Source: Sulfurimonadaceae bacterium
Lineage (GTDB): Bacteria > Campylobacterota > Campylobacteria > Campylobacterales > Sulfurimonadaceae
Assembly: GCA_041548245.1 (NCBI GenBank)
Contig: JBFESZ010000032.1
Coordinates: 1 to 19,791, forward strand
Direction: 5' to 3'
DNA: 19,791 bases
Shown here: positions 1 through 6,091 of the stretch, one piece after another
How the letters are laid out: each line of letters begins with the position of its first letter
Numbering within the stretch: position 1 is the first letter of the stretch
Translations under genes and position numbers: made by a program
The notes under the pieces: generated by a model
Told to the model about the DNA's origin: nothing
Seen by the model: the letters and a program-made list of their open reading frames with translations, nothing else
Database searches by the model: none

Positions 1-151
1 AGACAATAGGATAGAAGGAGGCATTTTGGATTCGTTGTTGCTCTCGCCGGGCAAGGCCGAAAACCTTGTAGCCTAAGGCAAGAAGCGTATGGCATATCGC
101 TTCTCCTATGCCGGAACTGCTTCCCGTTACCAAGGCCGTTTTATTGGGCAT
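1..151 (-). CDS. Short-chain dehydrogenase/reductase (SDR), 5' part only; runs off the left edge (not in the ORF track)
   Basis: Manual translation from ATG at 151: MPNKTALVTGSSSGIGEAICHTLLALGYKVFGLARR..., containing the SDR TGxxxGIG Rossmann motif. AGGAG RBS lies 6 nt upstream, and the start overlaps the 3' end of the upstream gene. Confidence 0.9.
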   Translation of the reverse strand, partial: MPNKTALVTGSSSGIGEAICHTLLALGYKVFGLARREQQRIQNASFYPIV

Positions 152-722
152 GATGTACTCCTGTCAATTGGTTGATATGCTCTTTGATCGCATTGATATT
201 GCCGCGTATGAGATCGATGATGAACTGTTTGTTTGGCTTGAAAGGTTTAAAATGATCGGAGACGACTTTGAGAAAGCTGACCTTTGTTGGTTTAAAATAC
301 ATGGAAATACTTTCGTAAATAGCTAGGGCCTCCATCTCTGCGATATCTGTAGATGATGGGTTGTCAAGGGCTTGTGAGGAACTATAGCATGACACCTTTT
401 TGATATCCGAAGGAAGCGTATGGAGTTGATAATGGAGCAAATGATTTTGAAGGTTTCTGACTTGCACGAGTTCTCCTATCTCATAGGTATCTTGGCCAGC
501 ACAGATTCCAAGGTTTAAGAAACTGTCATCATTTGCAGGGGGATAGGTCTTTAAAAAGTACTCAATGGCATTTTTGGCATTATGTGGCCCCATTTTACAG
601 ATTAGCAGATGCATCTGATCGTTTTGAAAGAGGGCAAACGGATTGACTTGTTTCTTTGTGAGTTTATAATAATCGATGATGGCACGCGCTTCAGCTTCAA
701 AGGCACAGGTAATGTACAGCAT
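141..722 (-). CDS. Nucleoside phosphorylase / MTA-SAH nucleosidase-fold protein (PNP_UDP_1-like)
   Basis: Motifs in the expected order: CAFEAEA, ICKMG, FLNLGICAG, AEMEALA, LKVVSDH. Starts 2 nt after the protease stop. Confidence 0.75.
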   Translation of the reverse strand: MLYITCAFEAEARAIIDYYKLTKKQVNPFALFQNDQMHLLICKMGPHNAKNAIEYFLKTYPPANDDSFLNLGICAGQDTYEIGELVQVRNLQNHLLHYQLHTLPSDIKKVSCYSSSQALDNPSSTDIAEMEALAIYESISMYFKPTKVSFLKVVSDHFKPFKPNKQFIIDLIRGNINAIKEHINQLTGVHHAQ

Positions 723-724
723 AG

Positions 725-2173
725 TTACTCTCTGAGATAGGCACTGTTTTTTATACTATAGCGTTTTAAGAGACGTTGATTGGCCTGCATCGCTTTTTCT
801 TTATTAAGTACAATCAGACTTCCCCCTCTAAGCGTCAGTCTCACTTCTTTATCTGCCGTTGTTTCGATAGTGTTGACCAAGGTCGCAAAAGAGTCGACTC
901 TGATGCCATTGACCTCAAGAACATCGGCATGGGCAAATTCATAGCCCGCATTTTCTCTATCGGCCAGGATGCTCTGGATAAAGACGACTTCTCGACGTTC
1001 TGTGCTGGGAAGGTTATTGTTTTTGACTGTATCCACAAAGTGAATAGGCGCTTTTTGTAACCAGTTCCGACCCCATTCGTAGAGATAATTCTTACTCAAA
1101 GGCATAAATACGATTCCGCCAAATATATAATACCGCGGACGCTGTTCATGTTCATAGGGCACAAGGGCAACGGACCTCTTAAGTGGAATGTTTATCTTGT
1201 GCTCTTTCCCTTTGCGAAGGAAAGTGGCCTCAAAGGAATCGTTGATATGATGTGACCGTATCAGGTAATCGGCAGCTACACGGCCATTGTCCTCCATCAA
1301 GATGGTGGCGTCATCGGCAACATTTACCCCGTCAATGGCCAATAGGACATCATGCTTTTTTAAATAACCATCACATGAGCTTCCCGGAATGATTTTGGTG
1401 ATGAGTACACCACTTTTTTCTCCCATTTGGTAATACTCTTTGAGACTTTGGTTCTCCATACTCTGAATATAGAGCCCATCGTCAGGAAAGCCATCGTATT
1501 GTCCATCTTTGATATCGTCTAAAAAATGTTTGATGACAGGAGTGGGAACCAGATAGCCGATGTTATCTGCAGAAGAGAGCGACTGCATTGCGATTCCAAT
1601 GATCTTTCCTTCTTGATTAAAGACGGGCCCACCGCTATTTCCCGGATTGATTGCGGCATCAATCTGTAGGGCAAGCAGGTCAAAGTCACTGTGTACATAG
1701 CGGGTCTGTTCGATCCGAGAGATGATACCCTGAGTAATCGAGATCTCGTTTCCCCCTTTAGGATAGCCATATACTGCAACGCCGTCTTGACGATGAGGCA
1801 TCTTACCTAAACTTAAAGGCTTGGTTCCTTTGAAAAAGCTCTCATCTTCGACTTCAAGAAGTGCAAGGTCGGCGTCATGCGATATCCACTTGACATGAGA
1901 GATGAACTTTTTTGGGTTGGTGCTTTTTTTGACTTCGAGGTAGACAGCATTGGAGGCGACATGTGCGGCAGTGAGAATCAGATGATCATCGATGATGACT
2001 CCTGAACCTGTTGAAAACTTTTGTGACCGCATCTGCCAGGGTTGATAGTAGTTTGGCTTGACAGAGACAGTAAAGATCTTTACAACAGAGGAGCTTATAC
2101 GATTGGCTTGTTCCTCAGAATGGAAGGGAACTCCCCACAATAGAAAAGGGATCAATAAAAATAAGAAACGCAT
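725..2173 (-). CDS. Secreted HtrA/Deg-family trypsin-like serine protease with PDZ domains (Deg2/Deg9-like architecture)
   Basis: Signal peptide. Catalytic triad motifs TAAHV, DLALL and DAAINPGNSGGP. A PDZ region follows, then PRYYIFGGIVFMPLS, typical of the Deg2-type second PDZ. Confidence 0.9.
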   Translation of the reverse strand: MRFLFLLIPFLLWGVPFHSEEQANRISSSVVKIFTVSVKPNYYQPWQMRSQKFSTGSGVIIDDHLILTAAHVASNAVYLEVKKSTNPKKFISHVKWISHDADLALLEVEDESFFKGTKPLSLGKMPHRQDGVAVYGYPKGGNEISITQGIISRIEQTRYVHSDFDLLALQIDAAINPGNSGGPVFNQEGKIIGIAMQSLSSADNIGYLVPTPVIKHFLDDIKDGQYDGFPDDGLYIQSMENQSLKEYYQMGEKSGVLITKIIPGSSCDGYLKKHDVLLAIDGVNVADDATILMEDNGRVAADYLIRSHHINDSFEATFLRKGKEHKINIPLKRSVALVPYEHEQRPRYYIFGGIVFMPLSKNYLYEWGRNWLQKAPIHFVDTVKNNNLPSTERREVVFIQSILADRENAGYEFAHADVLEVNGIRVDSFATLVNTIETTADKEVRLTLRGGSLIVLNKEKAMQANQRLLKRYSIKNSAYLRE

Positions 2174-2261
2174 GTCTAGGCCTTCGTGTTCATTGGAGCA
2201 ATTGTAGCTTATTTGTATAAATATTCTTTTTAAGTCTTTTAAGTTGTTTTTCTTTCTCTTT

Positions 2262-2273
2262 GGTTATTATATT
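2262..2273 (+). promoter_or_regulatory. Candidate sigma70 -10 element for the Hpt gene
   Basis: ggtTATTAT at 2262-2270 (or TATATT at 2268-2273) after T-rich tracts, as in Campylobacterota promoters. Confidence 0.35.
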
Positions 2274-2449
2274 CCTTTAAAGAGATGATTTTTAATTCGC
2301 TCAAGGAATCTGATTAATAACCTAAAAAGAGCATAAGTTTATTAATGAAGATACCAAAGAGAGCATTTTAGATGGTAGTTACATGGTTAAACCGATAACT
2401 CCAAGCTCAAAGAGGTCTTAAGTAAGTTTTTACCGAAGAAAGGAAAAGA

Positions 2450-2794
2450 ATGAGTCATAATATAGAATTGCCGAGTTATACCAATATCTCAGCAGAGGAG
2501 ATGGCTTCAAAGATAGGCATTAACAGTAAACATATCCCAATACTAGTGAAGAGTTTTGTACAAGAGAGCATGGGATTGCTTCAGCAGCTTGAAGCTGCTG
2601 TTTTAAGTAAGAACTATAATGAAATAGCCTCTATAGCACACTCCATCAAGGGATCATCGGGGAATCTTAAATTTGATGAGATGTATCTATTGGCCAGAGA
2701 GATGGAGCTCTCAGCAAAGGGTAACAAAGAGGAGTTCCCCTATAAGGACGCATGCGAAAGTATCAAAAAGGCTATTGACAGTATCAGTTTATAG
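2450..2794 (+). CDS. Stand-alone Hpt (histidine phosphotransfer) domain protein
   Basis: AHSIKGSSGNL matches the Hpt HxLKGSS motif. 114 aa and helical, with an AAGGA RBS upstream. Confidence 0.9.
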   Translation: MSHNIELPSYTNISAEEMASKIGINSKHIPILVKSFVQESMGLLQQLEAAVLSKNYNEIASIAHSIKGSSGNLKFDEMYLLAREMELSAKGNKEEFPYKDACESIKKAIDSISL

Positions 2795-2821
2795 TATTTA
2801 AGTTTATTCTGGCTTGGTTTG

Positions 2822-2830
2822 AGCTATAAT
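2822..2830 (+). promoter_or_regulatory. Sigma70 -10 promoter of the SRP RNA
   Basis: agcTATAAT with perfect TATAAT at 2825-2830 and upstream T-tracts. Confidence 0.7.
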
Positions 2831-2874
2831 ATCGACCTCAAAAGCATTGAGGGTATGGTATTGATACCTTGAAT

Positions 2875-2979
2875 GCTTCCCTTTAGACCTGTGCAATGGT
2901 CTTATCTGGTAGCGTGTCAGGACGGGAACGTAGCAGCACACCAGGTTTCATCATGTGCCGCAGGTATCTGGAGGGGAGT
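2875..2979 (+). ncRNA. ffs: Signal recognition particle RNA (4.5S, small bacterial SRP)
   Basis: Conserved helix-8 core GTGTCAGGACGGGAACGTAGCAGCACAC. Terminal stem CTTCCCTTTAGACCTGTG pairs with CGCAGGTATCTGGAGGGGAG. About 105 nt, followed by a T-rich tract. Confidence 0.92.
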
Positions 2980-3085
2980 CTTTTACTCTTTTTCAAACTT
3001 TCAAACAAACTCTAACATCTGTTTAAATCTTTTAAGACCAGTTTCGTATGCATTACACAAACACTCCACATGAAAAGCGTTATGA

Positions 3086-3150
3086 TGTGATTATCACAAA
3101 AAGTTATCAATAATTACTTTATTTGGTTACAATAAGTGTGAACTCTTATT
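3086..3150 (+). promoter_or_regulatory. Promoter/operator region of the GKCG-repeat gene
   Basis: Palindrome TGTGAT-T-ATCACA (3086-3098), -10 ggtTACAAT (3128-3133), and imperfect palindrome AATAAGTGT-GA-ACTCTTATT (3131-3150) over the predicted start site. Confidence 0.5.
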
Positions 3151-3233
3151 AGTAATTCTTATGTATTTACCGTCTCGGGAAAAGTAGCATAGGCGTTATT
3201 GAAGCGAGTAAAAAGAATCTTAAAGGATAGAGA

Positions 3234-3491
3234 ATGATTAACAAAACAAAATTGGCGACACTGCTTTTGGGTGCAGCTTTGATGGTAGGTGTGGGTGCAA
3301 CAGCATCATTCGCATCAGAAGGCAAGTGTGGTGCAGGCAAATGTGGCGGTGAGAAAAAAGAGAAAGCCGGTAAATGTGGTGACGGAAAAGAGGATGAGAA
3401 AGCCGGCAAGTGTGGTGCAGGCAAAAGTGAAAAGTCAAAGAAAGAAGAAAAATCCGGTAAATGTGGTGCTGGAAAATGCGGTTCTAAATAG
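3234..3491 (+). CDS. Secreted low-complexity GKCG-repeat protein; HvfA/bufferin-like RiPP metallophore precursor
   Basis: Sec signal peptide ending ...ASFA, then six GKCG motifs (EGKCGAGKCG...SGKCGAGKCGSK) in Lys/Glu-rich spacers. AAGGA RBS at 3223-3227. Confidence 0.85.
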   Translation: MINKTKLATLLLGAALMVGVGATASFASEGKCGAGKCGGEKKEKAGKCGDGKEDEKAGKCGAGKSEKSKKEEKSGKCGAGKCGSK

Positions 3492-3503
3492 GAACTTTCA
3501 AAT

Positions 3504-3537
3504 CAAGACAGCATATAATGTAAAGCATGCTGTCTTG
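3504..3537 (+). terminator. Intercistronic hairpin (partial terminator or mRNA stabiliser)
   Basis: Perfect 11-bp inverted repeat CAAGACAGCAT / ATGCTGTCTTG with a 12-nt loop, 12 nt after the precursor stop. No clean U-tract. Confidence 0.6.
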
Positions 3538-3601
3538 GACTATTATATTTAGAAGATACTAACATAGATTGAATATTGTTTACCATAGTAAGGAGTATAT
3601 A

Positions 3602-4108
3602 ATGTGTGTTAAAGAGATCTATGACAAGACAACAGCACTTTTTGAAAAGGGCAAGGATTTTCCTCTTTTATTCTTGCGAGTCATTCTCGCCTATACTTTT
3701 TATGGTCCTGCAATGACGAAGTTATCCAATATTGATCAAACAGCGGGCTTTTTTGAGTATTTAGGTATTCCTTTGCCTCTTTTCAATGCGTATATGACGG
3801 CCGGTACGGAACTTGTCGGGGCTATACTCCTCGCGATTGGTTTGTGTACCCGGCTTATATCTGTTCCTTTGCTTATTATACTTATTGTTGCTATTGTGAC
3901 CGTGCATGGAGGGAATGGTTTTCATATGGTTTCACCAGATAGTGAATGGAATGATCCCTATATTAACGGCGAGGCAATAAAAGGTACGGTTGTAATACTG
4001 CAAAACGGATATGAGATGGTGATGTATTATATGGCAATGTTGATGGTATTAGTGACGCAAGGCGGAGGTCGTCTGAGTCTTGACAATCTTCTTTTTAAAA
4101 AAATGTGA
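3602..4108 (+). CDS. DoxX-family membrane protein (HvfX/BufD-like partner of GKCG precursors)
   Basis: DoxX motifs: LFLRVILA, TELVGAILLAIGLCTR, VAIVTVH, NGYE, GGGRLSLD. Start moved from the track's 3569 to ATG 3602 because of AAGGAG at 3590-3595. Confidence 0.88.
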   Translation: MCVKEIYDKTTALFEKGKDFPLLFLRVILAYTFYGPAMTKLSNIDQTAGFFEYLGIPLPLFNAYMTAGTELVGAILLAIGLCTRLISVPLLIILIVAIVTVHGGNGFHMVSPDSEWNDPYINGEAIKGTVVILQNGYEMVMYYMAMLMVLVTQGGGRLSLDNLLFKKM

Positions 4109-4117
4109 TTTCGGAAA

Positions 4118-5242
4118 TCAAGAGGTTTGTTCTTTATCATCTTCGCTAGCGCGAAAGGTGATGAGAAATTTGGTCCTGCTGTCGTGACTTACAACGGAGA
4201 TTTCTCCCTGAAGCTGTTGGGTCAAGAGGCTTTTTGCTAGATATAAACCCAGCCCTTTGCCATTCTTTTCTATCTTTGTTGAGTAATATGGTTCAAAAAT
4301 ATGTTCAATAATATTCTGATCGATGCCACCCGCGTTGTCCTCAACGGAGATAGCGATCTTGTCTCCTTGACAAGAGGAACCGATAATAATCTGGGCATCT
4401 TTGATATGATTACGTTCAGTGGCTTCCCTTGAGTTTGTGATAAGGTTGGTCAGGACTTGCACTAAAAGGTTCTGTATATAGAAGACGGGTCTGATTTCCT
4501 CCAGCTTAAGCTCTAAGTTGATCTGGTGGTGTTGAAGGTCCTCTTTCATCAGTTCGGTCGCTTCATATATCGCATCGTTAGGGCTTGCAAGGCTTGCAGC
4601 GGTATCGGTTTTAAAGAAAGCCCGAAATCTAGAGATCATTTCAGAGAGGGCTTTCGCATGGTGGCTAATGCTTTCAAGAGATTTGTCGAGTTCCTCATCA
4701 TTTAAAGTCGATAGTGCTTTTTGGACTTGGATGGTATTGACGATTGTACTTATAACACTTAAGGGCTGACGCCATTGATGTGCAAGCATCCCGATAATCT
4801 CTTCCATCGCATCAAAACGTGAATGCTGGAGAATAAAGTCGTCTTTGAGCTGACTTTGCAAGATGGTCGTAACCCGAGCGATCAGTTCAACCTGGTTGAC
4901 CGGTTTTTTAATAAAGTCAGAGGCGCCGAACTCAAAACTTTTTTTCAGGATATCATCATCATCAGTAGCCGTGACCATAATAATGGGTATATGGGCATAT
5001 TTCGCGTTTGATTTGATGGCGTCGGTTGCTTCTAAGCCATCAATCTCGGGCATCATGACATCCATAAGAATAAGGTTGATTTTTTCATGTTCTAAGAGCT
5101 CATAGGCCTCTAGAGCAGAGGATGCACTGTAGATATTGTTAAACCCCTTACCTTCTAAAATAGCCTGTATCAAAAGAATATTAGTCGCATTGTCATCAAC
5201 AATAAGGATGTTTTTATCGTGTATTTGAAGCTGAGACAACAT
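4118..5242 (-). CDS. Hybrid response regulator receiver / histidine kinase (REC-HisKA-HATPase), cytoplasmic
   Basis: REC motifs ILIVDD, LMDVMMPEIDG, MVTA and KP. H-box AHQWRQPL, N-box NLITNSREA, DNAGGI, FEPYYSTK and GKGLGL. Confidence 0.93.
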   Translation of the reverse strand: MLSQLQIHDKNILIVDDNATNILLIQAILEGKGFNNIYSASSALEAYELLEHEKINLILMDVMMPEIDGLEATDAIKSNAKYAHIPIIMVTATDDDDILKKSFEFGASDFIKKPVNQVELIARVTTILQSQLKDDFILQHSRFDAMEEIIGMLAHQWRQPLSVISTIVNTIQVQKALSTLNDEELDKSLESISHHAKALSEMISRFRAFFKTDTAASLASPNDAIYEATELMKEDLQHHQINLELKLEEIRPVFYIQNLLVQVLTNLITNSREATERNHIKDAQIIIGSSCQGDKIAISVEDNAGGIDQNIIEHIFEPYYSTKIEKNGKGLGLYLAKSLLTQQLQGEISVVSHDSRTKFLITFRASEDDKEQTS

Positions 5243-5310
5243 ACTAACTCTTTAGATTTGATTTACCTATGCTAACGACATCAGCATTAAATAAAAGTAA
5301 AAGTAAAAGA

Positions 5311-5532
5311 TTAGCGATGTTTGTACATAGTACATTGGCCTGCATTTGACGGTGGATTGTCTCTGAGGTAGATCAAATCTTCTTTCGTCTGTTCGAGCAC
5401 ACGCTTTTGTTGAAGCAGGGGAAGCATCTTCTCGTTTTTAGTTGTCATGTTCATATTTAGATCCATGACATAGGACTCAACTTCCTTATCAAGGGCATCA
5501 AGTGCCATCTGTATATATTCTAATGATTTCAT
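5311..5532 (-). CDS. Small hypothetical helical protein (73 aa)
   Basis: Start reassigned to ATG 5532 (MKSLEY...), which has an AAGGAG RBS just after the rnhB stop. The track's longer 5622 start overlaps rnhB. Confidence 0.75.
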   Translation of the reverse strand: MKSLEYIQMALDALDKEVESYVMDLNMNMTTKNEKMLPLLQQKRVLEQTKEDLIYLRDNPPSNAGQCTMYKHR

Positions 5533-5542
5533 AGTTCTCCTT

Positions 5543-6091
5543 TTAAAAGAGGGTCGGTTGAAGCGCTTTGAGTTTGAAGCTTCTTCTGTGAATATCGCAA
5601 TAGCCATGTTTTTTGATGGCATCTACATGTAGTTTTGTCCCGTACCCTTTATGTCCCTCAAATCCATATTGAGGAAACATCTTCGCGAATTCTACCATCT
5701 CTCTGTCGCGAGTAACTTTAGCTAAAATAGATGCTGCCGAAACTTCAGGAATCTTTGCGTCGGCTTTGACCATCGTCCTCAAGCCCTGAACACCAAAGGT
5801 CGAATTCCCGTCAAAAAGAAAATCATCACTTTGCAGATGCTTCATAATACTTTCCAAACCTGCTGCCAGGCATTGGGAAATACCCATCTCATCTATCTCT
5901 TGAGCGCTGAACTTTACAATGTGATAATCAGCGTTTTCAATGATCAGAGGAAAAAGCTTTTCACGTTTTTTTTCACTGAGTTGTTTGGAGTCATTGAGCT
6001 CCGGTATGGATTGATGTAAAATCACACCTGCCATTACTAGCGCTCCTGCGATAGGTCCGCGACCTGCTTCATCGATGCCACAAAGACTCAT
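5543..6091 (-). CDS. rnhB: Ribonuclease HII
   Basis: GIDEAGRGPIAG, LNDSKQLS, DG, VSAASILAKVTRD, HKGYGT and HRRSF motifs. Confidence 0.97.
   Translation of the reverse strand: MSLCGIDEAGRGPIAGALVMAGVILHQSIPELNDSKQLSEKKREKLFPLIIENADYHIVKFSAQEIDEMGISQCLAAGLESIMKHLQSDDFLFDGNSTFGVQGLRTMVKADAKIPEVSAASILAKVTRDREMVEFAKMFPQYGFEGHKGYGTKLHVDAIKKHGYCDIHRRSFKLKALQPTLF

Noticed and set aside
2368-2398. Sigma28 promoter for Hpt (ACCGATAA)
   Set aside because: No TAAA-like -35 at 15-nt spacing.
2873-3073. 66-aa ORF on +
   Set aside because: Overlaps the SRP RNA, has no RBS and is not protein-like.
3171-3212. yybP-ykoY (Mn) riboswitch resemblance (GGGAAAAGTAGC)
   Set aside because: Lacks the GGGGAGTAGC and downstream conserved elements. 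Kept only as a generic structured leader.
3320-3483. Repeated GG(C/T)AA(A/G)TGTGG(T/C)G units as a CRISPR or DNA tandem repeat
   Set aside because: Repeats are short, in frame, vary at synonymous positions and are irregularly spaced, so they are protein-coding repeats.
3167-3552. Repetitive ORFs 3167-3424 (-), 3238-3438 (-) and 3289-3552 (+), with PHLPA and His-rich repeats
   Set aside because: Shadow frames of the GKCG repeat codons. Only 3234-3491 has an RBS and a signal peptide.
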